This document shows, piece after piece, positions 9,103 through 20,203 of a DNA stretch of 64,000 nt. This DNA comes from Salinispira sp. (GTDB lineage Bacteria > Spirochaetota > Spirochaetia > DSM-27196 > Salinispiraceae), in assembly GCA_965226555.1 (NCBI GenBank), contig CBDDDG010000001.1, forward strand, positions 269,951-333,950. The letters are read 5' to 3'. The notes under the pieces were generated by a model. The model did no database searches and was not told the origin of the DNA. It saw only the letters and a program-made list of their open reading frames with translations. The position numbers and the translations under genes are program-made. The stretch's first letter is position 1; each line of letters opens with the position of its first letter.

Positions 9103-11251
9103 TCAGGAATGCGCCGGAATGTGTATTGTGAGGTGGGTTCCATTGCCGGATTTTGTATAAAACGATAGTTTCCCTCCGAGTGTATGCATAACATTCTGCA
9201 CCATCTTCAGACCCGCCCCCCTGTCTTTTTCATTCGTTGTACTCAGCTGCGGCAGAAAAAGCAGCTTGAGAAGATCATCATGAGTAACTTCACCGGTCAG
9301 GGCTCCGAGTTCACGGGCATGCTGCTCAATGAGGGGAAAATTTATTCCCCGTCCGTCATCGGCAATAATGATTTTATAGCCATCCGGCTGTTTGGAAAAT
9401 ATGATTTCAACCTTTCCATTCTCATTCTTTCCACTGTCTTTTCGCTCCTTGCCGCTCTCAATTCCATGTTCAACAGCATTGCGGATTATCTGGAGAAGCG
9501 CAGAGCGGATATCTGGAAGAACATGCAGATTATGAATGTTTCCCCGAATGGAAAAATCTATCTTCTTATCGAATTTCTTACTGAGATCATGAACAAGGTC
9601 TTCGGCTACCTTCCTGAATTCAATGAGATTATCTGCCGATCTAACAGGATGCATGCCGGAAGGCATGGGCATAAAGCGCTCCATAGTTCTTTCCACATTA
9701 TTCACAATTGCCTCTAATTCCTCACAAAACACTTCCAGTGATCCCGACTGCGGATTAATTGACAATTCATGTTCAATGTTGCGGAGTATTTTTTCAACCT
9801 GCTCAAGCTTCAACTTTTGGGAACGCGCAATAAGGGATCGTATTTCTTCCACGGCTGTTTCAACATTCATCTGTGAATGGGACTGTGAATAGAAAAGGGC
9901 ATGTACTATTTCGCGGCAGGAAATCAGAAATTTTGAAAGACCTGTGCGGTCGCAGGTAAGTACTTTCGCTATAAGCGCACGTTCATCTTCGTTTTTCTTC
10001 CGCTCATGCTCAAATTCCCGACGGATATCGGCGACAACTGTACGATCATTGAATATGACTATTACCTGTGTAACCTGTCCATCCTCTATAATTCTATGAA
10101 ACATACAATCAACAATAATGTTCTTATTCCGTTCTTTTATGAAAATTTTTCTTTCTGTCAGGGGATTCTGTGAATGGAGCAGGCTTTTTTCAGTGTCGGT
10201 TTCAAACGCAATATCCAGAAATTCATCTATTTCCGTATGAAATGTTCCGTTTTCCGGTTCATCGGGATAAAGAAAATCGGAAAGTGATTTTCCGGCGAAT
10301 TCACTCGTTCCGAACAATCTCTCAAGAGATGCCGAAACATTGGAAGTGATCTTTCGATCGGAATTGATAAACAAAATACCGTCATTAACCGCTCTGAGGT
10401 ATTTCTGATTTTCCTTTTCGATTATATCGGCTGTATTCTGCCTGAGAGAGTTCTCCAATCTTTCCCTGAAGATATGCAGTATATTATTGAGTTTATCGGC
10501 AAAGGCGCCGAATTCATCATGTGCCTGTAATTTCACCGAAGGATCTTCGGAACCCTGCGCAACGTTCACAAGCGTCTGTTCCATGGCGCGAAGAGGCCGT
10601 AAAACACTGTAACGGACAAAGATGATAATTATGATAACAAAAATACATCCCGATATCACAAGCACCATTGTAAGGAGGGTAGTTGTTCTGTTTGTCAGCG
10701 CATATAATCTTGCAAACGATTTCTGATAATATACCACTCCGCGGAATGCAATACTGTTTTCATCGCAGTCCCGGCAATTGGCAGTACTGCTTATAGGGAA
10801 AAAATACTCTGACTGCTGTAATTTCAAATTAATTTCAGTCTGAGGAAGCCAGTTCTCAACTGTTTTCCTGAACGCCAGACTGTCATTGAAATGCGGGCGC
10901 TGAAACAGCTTTGGAGGAAGAAGTATCCTGCGTTTCGGAGAGATTCCCAATAGTTCGGTAATTGCTGAATGCGGCAGTACCATCTGTCTGGAAAAGTTGA
11001 AAATTATCGTCTCCATACAGATCCTGGAGATCAAGTAATACCGACAGAGCCAGATCTTCCCGTCCTTCTGCCATCAGCCTCTGGAATACCAATTCAAAAA
11101 TATCATTATGCTGCTCAACAGAAGCCGACATAGAATACAGGAATTCATTTCTTTGACTCTGCGCACTCAACAGAATAACAATAACGCTCATTACCGTAAA
11201 AACGAAAATAACTCCGAGAAGGAGCTTGGGATATAGAGAAAATTTTATCAT
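9103..11251 (-). pseudogene. Membrane sensor kinase (periplasmic sensor, HAMP, PAS-like, CheA-type HATPase) split by a frameshift near 10900-10930
   Basis: ORF 10883-11251 supplies TM1 and the start of the sensor; ORF 9103-11034 supplies TM2, HAMP, IIRNAVEHGIE, DDGRG and GAGL; the two overlap in different frames. Confidence 0.7.
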
Positions 11252-11305
11252 GTTTAACCCTTCCTACTTGCTGAATTATGAAAAACTTTACATTCTCATT
11301 TTATA

Positions 11306-11333
11306 GAAATGTTTTGCAAAATGCAAAACTTTG
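11306..11333. repeat. Palindromic mini-element with 5-bp TSD
   Basis: TTATA-gaaatgttttgcaaaatgcaaaactttg-TTATA. Confidence 0.8.
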
Positions 11334-11345
11334 TTATAATTCAGA

Positions 11346-12599
11346 ATGCGAATTATTGTTTCACATACACAGCTTATATCTTTCAGACTCTTTTCTTTCT
11401 TAACAATAATGGTGCTGTCTGGATGCCGGACAATTGGAACAGACACCACTAATCAATCGCAGTTTATTACTCCCGAACAACTGCCGGAACTTGTTCAAAT
11501 CTCCCTGTATCATCTTCCATTTATTATTGATGACGAGTTAAAATTTTCCATTATAAACAGTAACATCCACGCATTAATTATACAAGATCAAATTGATTCT
11601 GCAATACGGCTTATTGATAATACCGTGGATTTTGTTGACAGTCATTTCACGGGAGCGGGTAAAATTGAAGCATTAATCTCCCTTGCCCGCGGTTATATTG
11701 ATCTCGGTGAGGTATCGGGAAGCCGTTCCCTTATTGAAGAATCTCTCCGGTTATTGTATGAACTGGGAGATATGCAGCAAAGCGAAACGCTTATTCAACA
11801 AATTATTTCGGTATGTTTCATTCTCAATGACGATGGTATTGATTTGTTACAGGAAGTAATTAGAAAAATATATATTATAAAAGATTATGAACTGCGAACC
11901 CGCCTCCTGTTAAATACTGCGCGTCAATATCAGGAAGAATCGGAGGGGAAAAAGGCAGATGTTCTCCTGCAGCAGGCAATTCCCGCCGCGGAATCGATAC
12001 CGGATCCTTTACAGAGAGCGCATGCCTATAGCCTTCTCAGTCTTCGCTTTATGAGCGAAGGTGATGAACGCGCTAGGCTGCATTTTTTCGGAAAAACCAT
12101 TGCCGTGCTTGAGGAACTGCAGGGTTCGGAAAATAACGCGCTGTTTGCAGATATAGCTGTAAACCTTGCTCAGGCAGGTTTCACCGGCCAGGCGCTTACG
12201 CTCAGTACCAGCATGAGTATCTCCCACCATTTTGATGAGCTGTTGGAACTTGCCGTTATCTTTCATCGGCAAAATCAATTATCCGTAGCCGATCAATTAT
12301 TGACCCGTATTACGGAAATTCCAGATACTAGTTCGGCAGCGCCTACTGTTTCAATGCTTCTGAAAATTTCCCGCGCACATTCCGATCGGGGAGAACAACA
12401 AGCTGCGCTGAGCAATAGTGCTGAAACAGCCCTATTGCATGCCCGTCTCGGGAATGTTGAACTCGCTCTGAATCTGCTCGTACAGATGACAAACCCTTAT
12501 ATAAAGGCTATGAGCATTGCATTATTATATGAACAGAGTAATCGCAATGACATTACTTCTGAATTCATCGCTCCGTATATGGACGGACTCAGCCCCTGA
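11346..12599 (+). CDS. Helical-repeat (TPR-like) lipoprotein
   Basis: Lipobox VLSGC; all-helical repeat pattern. Confidence 0.65.
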   Translation: MRIIVSHTQLISFRLFSFLTIMVLSGCRTIGTDTTNQSQFITPEQLPELVQISLYHLPFIIDDELKFSIINSNIHALIIQDQIDSAIRLIDNTVDFVDSHFTGAGKIEALISLARGYIDLGEVSGSRSLIEESLRLLYELGDMQQSETLIQQIISVCFILNDDGIDLLQEVIRKIYIIKDYELRTRLLLNTARQYQEESEGKKADVLLQQAIPAAESIPDPLQRAHAYSLLSLRFMSEGDERARLHFFGKTIAVLEELQGSENNALFADIAVNLAQAGFTGQALTLSTSMSISHHFDELLELAVIFHRQNQLSVADQLLTRITEIPDTSSAAPTVSMLLKISRAHSDRGEQQAALSNSAETALLHARLGNVELALNLLVQMTNPYIKAMSIALLYEQSNRNDITSEFIAPYMDGLSP

Positions 12600-12628
12600 T
12601 TGAATTCGCCAGAAGTTCTGGTTTGTGG

Positions 12629-12657
12629 TTGACAAGATTTCCGAGCACAATTATACT
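12629..12657 (+). promoter_or_regulatory. Sigma70-type promoter
   Basis: TTGACA-17 bp-TATACT upstream of AAGGAGG RBS and ATG 12723. Confidence 0.7.
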
Positions 12658-12722
12658 GCATTATACTTACGAGACCATTGCCGTGCAACGATCTCAGTAT
12701 ATCGAATTAAGGAGGATTTCCA

Positions 12723-14303
12723 ATGAGAAAACTATTTAAATTGCTGTGCAACAATCTCATAATGTTATCTGTCATGCTAACGGTAGTAACTATGTATTCA
12801 TTTGGTGAAGGTAATAGTGATCACGGAGAAATTGTTGTATCCAACAACTCAAAAATTTTCGACATGCTTTCCCTCGGCGCAAGTGATCCTAAAGGAATCT
12901 GGTCTGACGGGACAACAATGTGGGTAGCAGATGTGCAGGATGACAAAATCTATGCCTACAGCATGGCAACGAAGGCTCGGGATGAAACGAAGGATTTTGA
13001 CACGCTGATTGGAGCGGGGAATGATTCCCCTTCTGGAATCTGGTCTGACGGAACAACAATGTGGGTGTCGGATTTTGATTTTGATGAGGATACTAAAATT
13101 TATGCCTACAGCATGGCAACGAAGGATCGGGATGAGACGAAGGATTTTGACACGCTGATTGGAGCGGGGAATGACTACCCTTCCGGAATCTGGTCTGACG
13201 GAACAACAATGTGGGTAGCAGATGAAAAAATCTATGCCTACAATATGGCAACGAAGAATCGGGATGAAGCGAAGGATTTTGACACGCTGATTGGAGCGGG
13301 GAATGATTCCCCTTCTGGAATCTGGTCTGACGGAACAACAATGTGGGTAGCAGATGTGCAGGATGAAAAAATCTATGCCTACAATATGGCAACGAAGGCT
13401 CGGGATGAAACGAAGGATTTTGACACGCTGATTGGAGCGGGGAATGACTACCCTTCTGGAATCTGGTCTGACGGAACAACAATGTGGGTAGCAGATGTGC
13501 AGGATGAAAAAATCTATGCTTATAATATGGAAACAAAAAACCATAATGAACTGCAAAATTTTACAACACTTGATTCTATCGGAAATGATAGTCCGGTAGG
13601 CATCTGGTCGGATGGAGAAACGATGTGGGTATCAGATAATGAGGATGACAAAATTTATGCCTACAGCATGGCAACGAAGGCTCGGGATAATGCGAAGGAT
13701 TTTGATGAACTTTTTCTTGCTGAGTCTGAATCACCTGCGGGAATTTGGTCTGACGGAACAACAATGTGGGTGGCGGTAGACGGCCAAAATTATTCTCATG
13801 AGGAAAACAAGAAAATCTATGCCTACAGCATGGCAACGAAGGCTCGGGATAATGCGGAGGATTTCGACCTGAGCGCTGCAGGGAATGAGAATCCTAAAGG
13901 AATCTGGTCTGACGGAACAACAATGTGGGTGCTCTCCGGCAGTCGATATTCTGATATAAACATTCATGCCTACAATATGAAGACAAAGGCCCGTGAAGAA
14001 GAAAAGGATTTTAACAATTTCTTAATGAATCTTGTTAAGAATGTGTGGCCTTATGGAATCTGGTCTGACGGAGAGACAATGTGGGTGTCCGATTTCTTTG
14101 CGGAAAAAATATTTTCCTACACAATGAAAACAAACAATACGGTAACAAATGATATTGCTCTCAAAGATTTTGATACCTTACTATTTGCTGGAAATGATTC
14201 TCCGCGTGGAATCTGGTCTGACGGAGAGACAATGTGGGTAGCAGATGTGCAAGATAAGAAAATATATGCCTACAATATGGAAACGAAAGAGGTTTATCAA
14301 TGA
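12723..14303 (+). CDS. Secreted protein with 10 GIWSDG repeats (probable beta-propeller blades)
   Basis: Signal peptide, then ten ~46-aa units P.GIWSDG.TMWV.D...KIYAY.M.TK.RD..KDF..L; repeats 1-5 nearly identical in DNA. Confidence 0.85.
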   Translation: MRKLFKLLCNNLIMLSVMLTVVTMYSFGEGNSDHGEIVVSNNSKIFDMLSLGASDPKGIWSDGTTMWVADVQDDKIYAYSMATKARDETKDFDTLIGAGNDSPSGIWSDGTTMWVSDFDFDEDTKIYAYSMATKDRDETKDFDTLIGAGNDYPSGIWSDGTTMWVADEKIYAYNMATKNRDEAKDFDTLIGAGNDSPSGIWSDGTTMWVADVQDEKIYAYNMATKARDETKDFDTLIGAGNDYPSGIWSDGTTMWVADVQDEKIYAYNMETKNHNELQNFTTLDSIGNDSPVGIWSDGETMWVSDNEDDKIYAYSMATKARDNAKDFDELFLAESESPAGIWSDGTTMWVAVDGQNYSHEENKKIYAYSMATKARDNAEDFDLSAAGNENPKGIWSDGTTMWVLSGSRYSDINIHAYNMKTKAREEEKDFNNFLMNLVKNVWPYGIWSDGETMWVSDFFAEKIFSYTMKTNNTVTNDIALKDFDTLLFAGNDSPRGIWSDGETMWVADVQDKKIYAYNMETKEVYQ

Positions 14304-14456
14304 TCTGGATCACGTTGTCAGACAGCGAAGAAATGATCAATTTGCTTAAAGCGCATACGGAGCAAAGCTCGGAGAGGGGCTGACTCCGCCTGCATCGCAG
14401 ACCACATCAGCTTTTGAGCTTCAGCTCTTTGGCAGCGGGCACGGTCGCAGAGTTAA

Positions 14457-15020
14457 TTATTTGTTAACCCGCTCAACATATTCGCCAGTTTCCGTATTTA
14501 CCAGTATTCGTTCATCCTGTTTGATAAAAATGGGAACCTTGACATTCAGACCTGTTTCACAGCGGACCATTTTGGTCGCCCCTCCGACAGTGTCTCCCTT
14601 CAGGGCTTCAGGGGCTTCAACCACGGTAAAGGCCATTTTGGGAGGGAGCTGAATGTCTATAACCTTCTCAGAGAAAAATACAACACGGTATGTATCGCCT
14701 TCCTTAAGGTAGTGTTCCTTATCTTCCATGCCCCTTCTTTCAATGGGGTACTGTTCATAGGTTTCCATATCCATGAAATGATATCCGTCATTATCGGCAT
14801 ACAGAAATTGGGCGCTCTTATCGAAGACATCGGCTTCTTCTACATTGTCATTGGATTTGATAGTTTCGCGCAGAGATGAACCATTTATAAGATTTTTTAG
14901 TTTCACCCGCACAAAGGCGCTTCCCTTTCCCGGATTTATGAATTCACGTTCAACAACCGTATGAGGCGCATTTTTGATTATCAGGCACATTCCTTTGGAG
15001 ATCTGACCGGCTTTTATCAT
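14457..15020 (-). CDS. efp: Elongation factor P
   Basis: PGKGSAFVRVKLKNL, KGDT...TK..ETG and VP.FI..TETGEYVER motifs. Confidence 0.96.
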   Translation of the reverse strand: MIKAGQISKGMCLIIKNAPHTVVEREFINPGKGSAFVRVKLKNLINGSSLRETIKSNDNVEEADVFDKSAQFLYADNDGYHFMDMETYEQYPIERRGMEDKEHYLKEGDTYRVVFFSEKVIDIQLPPKMAFTVVEAPEALKGDTVGGATKMVRCETGLNVKVPIFIKQDERILVNTETGEYVERVNK

Positions 15021-15022
15021 AA

Positions 15023-16156
15023 TCAGCGATCCGCCAACGGCACTACCTGCCGGGGTTCAGGGCCGATATAAATGGCTGTTGGCCGGTAGATACGGTTATC
15101 TTCATACTGTTCAATAATATGCGCAATCCAACCCGAAACTCTGGAAGCCGCAAAAATGGGGGTAAACAATTGCGGCGGAATGCCCAGAAGATCGTACACG
15201 GAGCCGGAGAAAAAATCGACATTTGGATAAATGTCCTTATCATTTTTTTTCATATACTCGCCGGTTGTCCGTTCAATAGTTTTGAGAATGTGGTAGGAAG
15301 TATCATTCTTATTCTTTTCAGAAAGATTGATAAGGAATTCTTCCATGATGGTCGCCCGAGGATCTTTCACCTTGTATACACGGTGTCCCATGCCCATAAT
15401 TTTTTCTCTGGCGGCAAGTTTTGCATGTACCCATGTTTCAGCATTATCACGTGTTCCAATTTCAAGAACCATATTCATGACCCGTTCATTGGCGCCTCCG
15501 TGAAGACTCCCATACAGCGCGCCGATCGCAGCAGACACCGCGCTGCGGCAGGGAGCATTCGTTGATGCAACAACTCGGGCAGTAAATGTTGAAGCATTAA
15601 AATGATGCTCGGCATGCAGGGTAAAACAGGCATCCATAATAGTACCATCGAGCGCGTCAGGCTCTTCGCCATGCAGCATATACAGAAAGTTTGCTCCAAA
15701 GCTGAGGTCTGATCGCGGGGGCACACATTCCTCGCCCTGAGAAATACGGAACCAGGCTGCAATTACCGTTGCAAGCTGAACAATCAGATTGATATGCGCC
15801 GAAGTCTCCGTACCGGAACTGTTCGTGCTGTTTTTGTAGGCATCGAGATAGACAATACAGGCCTGAAGAAGTTCCATGGGATGCCTGTCGCGCGGGAATG
15901 TTCGGATAATATCCAGAACCTCGGGCTGTATATCCCGATGAGCCCGTATTTCAGGAAGAAAACGGTCGTATTCCTTCTGCGTCGGAAGGTCTCCGTTCAG
16001 AAGCAGGTAAATTACTTCTTCAAAACATGTCTTGTGCGCCAGCTCGGAAATTGGATATCCCCGATAGTATAGTTCACCGTTCTGACCATCAATTTTACAG
16101 ATACGACTCTCAGCAACAACGACACCGGCCAGCCCTTTTGAATATTCAATGTTCAT
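15023..16156 (-). CDS. gltA: Citrate synthase
   Basis: HAEH.FNASTF.AR, G.LHGGANE, MGMGHRVYK..DPR and YPNVDFFSG motifs. Confidence 0.92.
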   Translation of the reverse strand: MNIEYSKGLAGVVVAESRICKIDGQNGELYYRGYPISELAHKTCFEEVIYLLLNGDLPTQKEYDRFLPEIRAHRDIQPEVLDIIRTFPRDRHPMELLQACIVYLDAYKNSTNSSGTETSAHINLIVQLATVIAAWFRISQGEECVPPRSDLSFGANFLYMLHGEEPDALDGTIMDACFTLHAEHHFNASTFTARVVASTNAPCRSAVSAAIGALYGSLHGGANERVMNMVLEIGTRDNAETWVHAKLAAREKIMGMGHRVYKVKDPRATIMEEFLINLSEKNKNDTSYHILKTIERTTGEYMKKNDKDIYPNVDFFSGSVYDLLGIPPQLFTPIFAASRVSGWIAHIIEQYEDNRIYRPTAIYIGPEPRQVVPLADR

Positions 16157-16185
16157 GGTCTATATTCCTCCATTTTTATTGTTTT

Positions 16186-17736
16186 TTATCTTTTGAGGCT
16201 GTGAAGGCTTCTGCCATGAACAGCAAGTGCTGCTTCCTTCACCGCCTCTGAAAGGGTTGGATGCGCGTGGACAATACGCGCGATATCTTCACTGGAGCCC
16301 TTCATCTCCATTACAGTAACAATTTCAGAAATCAGATCGCCTGCATCAGGGCCGACAATGTGCGCCCCGAGAATTTTGTCTGTTTTCGGATCAGTCAGAA
16401 TTTTTACAAAGCCGGACTGAACACCCATGGTAAGCGCCCTTCCATTACCCGCGATGTTGAAAACACCCTTTTTATATTCCCGCTTGCTGCTTTTCAGCTG
16501 ATCTTCCGAATATCCAACAGATGCTGCTTCGGGAACGGTATAAACAATTGACGGAATTGCCTCATAATTCAGATGCGCAGGAATACCGTTCATGCGTTCT
16601 ACCGCAACAAGTGCTTCATCTTCGGCCTTATGCGCGAGCTTCAAACCGGGAACAATGTCGCCAATGGCATATACGCCGCTCACATTGGTCTGATAATCGG
16701 CATCAACTGCAATGCTTGTATTATCGTCAGTCAATTTTATTCCCGCTTCCTGAATACCGGCAGACTGTATATCTGCTCGGCGGCCTGCCGCCGCAAGAAG
16801 TTTTTCTGCCCGCAATTCACCGCTTTCAAGGTTCAGGGTAATACCTGTTTTCAACGATTTGAAACCGGTAATGCAGGTGTTAAATATATACTCAATTCCT
16901 AATTGTTTCAATTCCCTCTGTAATACTCGGGAAATTTGACTGTCCCAGCCCGGCAGAATCTGTTTCATCATTTCAATAATGGTTACTTTGGTACCCAACG
17001 ATGCCCATATAAAGGCCATTTCAACGCCAATAGCTCCGGCGCCGACAATAATGAGGCTTTTCGGGATCGTATTGAAGGAAAGAGCGCCTGCCGAACTCAC
17101 AATGTTTTTGCCATCGAAGGGGAGTTCAGAAAGTTCGACCGGAAGACTGCCTGTTGCCAGAAGAACACGCTTCGCGGTAATACTCTCACGTCCCTTTCCG
17201 GCAGGAGCAGAATTCGGCTGGTCGGGAGGGGCTGCGGAAGCAGACGGCGGGGCGGGGGCGGACGGAGGGGCGTCGGCAGTGGATGATGCAGAAGCTGATG
17301 GGCGATAATTCGGAGCGCCGAGAGAGGCAGCCCATGAGGAATGAGGATTTTCATAGATATCGACCCGATGCTCCTTCCCCGGACGAAGAACAGCCGTACC
17401 GTTAAAGCGCTGAATTTTATTTCCCTTTATGAGTCCGGCAACACCGGAAGTAAGTTTTTTTACAATGTCTTCTTTCCGGGACATGAGCTTCTTCAGGTTA
17501 AGAATAGGATTTTCAACCTCAATGCCGTGTTCGGGAAACTCTTTGAGCAGGCGCTGATATGCGCTGCCTGAATAGATAAGTGCCTTCGATGGAATGCAGC
17601 CGATGTTCAGGCAGGTGCCTCCGAGGCTCTCCATTTTTTCTACGAGGGCGGTCTTCATTCCGAGCTGCGCCGCACGGATAGCAGCAACATAGCCTCCCGG
17701 ACCGCCCCCAATTATAATTAAATCAAAATCTGCCAT
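16186..17736 (-). CDS. lpdA: Dihydrolipoamide dehydrogenase (E3) with a ~50-aa Ser/Ala/Pro insertion
   Basis: GGGPGGYVAAIRAAQLG, GGTCLNIGCIPSK and HAHPTLSE motifs. Confidence 0.95.
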   Translation of the reverse strand: MADFDLIIIGGGPGGYVAAIRAAQLGMKTALVEKMESLGGTCLNIGCIPSKALIYSGSAYQRLLKEFPEHGIEVENPILNLKKLMSRKEDIVKKLTSGVAGLIKGNKIQRFNGTAVLRPGKEHRVDIYENPHSSWAASLGAPNYRPSASASSTADAPPSAPAPPSASAAPPDQPNSAPAGKGRESITAKRVLLATGSLPVELSELPFDGKNIVSSAGALSFNTIPKSLIIVGAGAIGVEMAFIWASLGTKVTIIEMMKQILPGWDSQISRVLQRELKQLGIEYIFNTCITGFKSLKTGITLNLESGELRAEKLLAAAGRRADIQSAGIQEAGIKLTDDNTSIAVDADYQTNVSGVYAIGDIVPGLKLAHKAEDEALVAVERMNGIPAHLNYEAIPSIVYTVPEAASVGYSEDQLKSSKREYKKGVFNIAGNGRALTMGVQSGFVKILTDPKTDKILGAHIVGPDAGDLISEIVTVMEMKGSSEDIARIVHAHPTLSEAVKEAALAVHGRSLHSLKR

Positions 17737-17760
17737 ATTCTTTCCTCATGCGGTCTCACG

Positions 17761-19017
17761 CTACAGTTCCAGAAGTAATCGGGCGGGGTCTTCAACCCCA
17801 TCCTTGATCATACGGAGAAAGCCAATGGCTTCCCGTCCATCCAGAATACGATGATCATATGTCAGCGCAAGGTACATCATTGGGCGGATAACAATTTCAC
17901 CGTCCCGAACAACCGGCCGCTCCTGAATGCTGTGCATACCGAGAATGGCTGTCTGGGGCGGGTTCGGAATGGGCGTTGAAAGCATGGAACCGAAAACGCC
18001 TCCGTTTGAAATGGTAAAGGTGCCCCCCATGAGTTCATTCGGCATAATTTTCTTTGCCTGCGCCCGTTTGGCAAAATCGACAATAGCGGTTTCTATGTCT
18101 GCAAAGTTTTTCCGGTCGATATCGCGCAGCACCGGGGTTATAAGCCCCCGTTCGGTAGAAATTGCTACAGAAATATCATAAAAATTGTTATACACAATGT
18201 TTTCGCCATCGACAAAGGCATTCACCGCAGGAAAATGCTGAAGGGCATTCACCGAAGCCTTAAGAAACAGGCTCATATAACCCAGCCGAACTCCGTGAGC
18301 CTTCTCAAATTGTTCTTTGTATTCCCTCCGCATGGTAACGGCAGCCTGCATATCAACTTCATTGAATGTGGTAAGGTGCGCCGCCGCATGCTTGCCCTCA
18401 ACAAGCCGCTCCGCAATGCGCTTTCGAAGCGTAGTCATGGGAACCCGCTTTTGGCGTTCGGCCTGCCCTTCAAGTTCCTTGGGCGATGGGGAGGCTGCGG
18501 GGGAGGAACCGGGCGCAGTGGAGGGGGCGGGCGCCGTGGGAGCAGGGGTGCTTGATGGGGCGGATGTCTGGGGAGATTTCACAAAATTTTGTATGTCTTC
18601 CTTTGTGAGCCGCCCTGAAGGATCGGAGGCGCTAATGTCGGCGAGGTTCAGGTCCAGTTCTTCAACGAGGCGACGCACAGCCGGGCTGAGATCATTCAGG
18701 GTTCTCTGGGGGGCGGGTGGAGCTGGGGGATCGGGAGAGACAGGCGGGGGAGGAGAAGCTGCCGGGGGTGCTTTTGTTTCGCTGCTTTCATTAATGGTGC
18801 CGACTACTGCTCCTATTTCTACCTCGGTACCCTCAGCCGCTACAATGTGAAGTGTTCCGGTTGCTGGAGCCGGTATTTCCATGGTGGCCTTATCTGTTTC
18901 CAGTTCAAACAGATTATCACCTTCATGGACCAGCTCACCTTCTTTTTTTAACCATGTGGTAACAATACCGGAGCTTATTGATTCACCTACATTGGGCACG
19001 GCAACATGTGTCATCAT
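17761..19017 (-). CDS. sucB: 2-oxoglutarate dehydrogenase E2 (dihydrolipoamide succinyltransferase)
   Basis: Lipoyl ETDKA motif; [24 protein letters not shown] and YLALTYDHR motifs. Confidence 0.93.
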   Translation of the reverse strand: MMTHVAVPNVGESISSGIVTTWLKKEGELVHEGDNLFELETDKATMEIPAPATGTLHIVAAEGTEVEIGAVVGTINESSETKAPPAASPPPPVSPDPPAPPAPQRTLNDLSPAVRRLVEELDLNLADISASDPSGRLTKEDIQNFVKSPQTSAPSSTPAPTAPAPSTAPGSSPAASPSPKELEGQAERQKRVPMTTLRKRIAERLVEGKHAAAHLTTFNEVDMQAAVTMRREYKEQFEKAHGVRLGYMSLFLKASVNALQHFPAVNAFVDGENIVYNNFYDISVAISTERGLITPVLRDIDRKNFADIETAIVDFAKRAQAKKIMPNELMGGTFTISNGGVFGSMLSTPIPNPPQTAILGMHSIQERPVVRDGEIVIRPMMYLALTYDHRILDGREAIGFLRMIKDGVEDPARLLLEL

Positions 19018-19159
19018 TTTTCCTCTTCTTTATATATACCAGAAATTTTTGCTTTATGCAAAAGCTCAGGAGCAACAATTTTGTGCGCCTTCTTCCGATC
19101 CCGCACCTTCTCAACTGCGCTCTTTGCCATATCTACCTCCTCAGCCTTCCCTCGCTCAA

Positions 19160-19300
19160 CGAAAGTATATCATATTTCAGGATACGTTTCTATACAATTT
19201 CGACCTGCTGCGGCTGTTCTGTGAGGATACAACGCTTGCCAAGCTGGACATGGAAAAAATCCGCATTGAAACCCCCAGCTACATTTCAGGAAAAAAGAAC
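19160..19300 (+). pseudogene. Possible N-terminal fragment of an Rpn-family protein
   Basis: IFQDTFLYNFDLLRLF...AKLDMEKIRIETPSYIS resembles the Rpn N-terminus at 62437 (LLFQPAIMLQFLQRF..KKLRIEDITIENGTFF); flanked by palindromic elements near 19042 and 19369. Confidence 0.35.
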
Positions 19301-19356
19301 CTTCTCTGCGCTCTCGTTGTCAGCGCCCCTTCCTGTCAGACCCCGACAGGAAGGCT

Positions 19357-19454
19357 CTTTTTATTACTGAAAATTTTGCTCTGCAAAATTTTCCGATGAG
19401 GATTCTCTCATCACAGAAAATTGTGCAGAGCACAATTTTCAGTAGCAAAACTTT
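19357..19454. repeat. Composite palindromic element
   Basis: GAAAATTTTGCTCTGCAAAATTTTC + GATGAGGATTCTCTCATC + GAAAATTGTGCAGAGCACAATTTTC + GCAAAACTTT; reverse-complement relative of 62917-63040. Confidence 0.8.
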
Positions 19455-19702
19455 ATATGTGTTCTCAGAAAAAAAGTGTTGCCCGAACCTTTATTCAAAG
19501 GCTCGGGCAGATGCTGAAAACAACCAATTTAACCGACCCTCGGAAACGACCGGTTGTTCATCTATCACAAATAATGGCTCTCATCATATCGATGATGGTG
19601 GGAACCAGTATGAAAGTGATGTTGAGCTAAGTGTGGTCTATGCGCCCGGTATTCCCGCCACATACTCCCTGCTCAAGGGCAAAATCTCCCTCCATTATTC
19701 TG

Positions 19703-20137
19703 TCAAAACCCCGTCAAAAAATTTGTTGGGGAAGTTCTGGGCGCTCGCTCATTCCTTTCTTGCCAACGATATCGGGGTTTTTCTTGCGATAGGCTCTCCG
19801 GTCGCAGCGTCTCTTCCGTTTCTTTCTCCGGGTCGGCAGCAGAACGCACCACTGACGATCGCTCCCGCGCCTTCCGCTGAGCCTGAATCGCCACATACCG
19901 CCCATGATCATTCCGGTTCAATTCGCGGTAAATGGTCGTATGGCAACACCCAATGACCCGGGCTATCTCCCTGACGGGATATCCTTTTCGTCGATAATAG
20001 GCAATATCCTCATCAATTATCCATATCCAACTGATTATACTGTCTGTGCACCTTTTTGTCCTCCTCGTAGTGGTTTTTTCTTATACTCACTATATCTCAG
20101 AGGGCGGGGAGGTGGTGCACTTATGGTTGAATTCGCC
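19703..20137 (-). mobile_element. IS30-family remnant (left IR plus frameshifted, internally deleted transposase)
   Basis: IR GGCGAATTCAACCATAAGTGCACCACC (20137-20111); GAGGAGG RBS, GTG 20051; HTH DIAYYRRKGYPVREIARVIGCCHTTIYRELNRN..Y.A.QAQRKA; then LPTRRKKRKRR...GMSERPE in another frame; no DDE domain. Confidence 0.85.
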
Positions 20138-20155
20138 TAGTTGTCCACAAGTTCA

Positions 20156-20184
20156 TTGACAAAAACTCTCCGGCAATGTAGCCT
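20156..20184 (+). promoter_or_regulatory. tRNA promoter
   Basis: TTGACA-17 bp-TAGCCT ahead of the tRNA. Confidence 0.55.
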
Positions 20185-20203
20185 TTATTCAGGCTTTTCT
20201 TAA

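Noticed and set aside
12890..14290. Regular ~140-bp DNA repeats suggestive of a CRISPR array
   Set aside because: They are in-frame coding repeats of one protein; there are no unique spacers or cas genes.
19396..19956. 186-aa plus-strand ORF, and the 69-aa ORF with LTDPRKRP resembling another transposase N-terminus
   Set aside because: The ORF starts inside a palindromic element and runs antisense to the IS30 remnant; the similarity is too weak to call.
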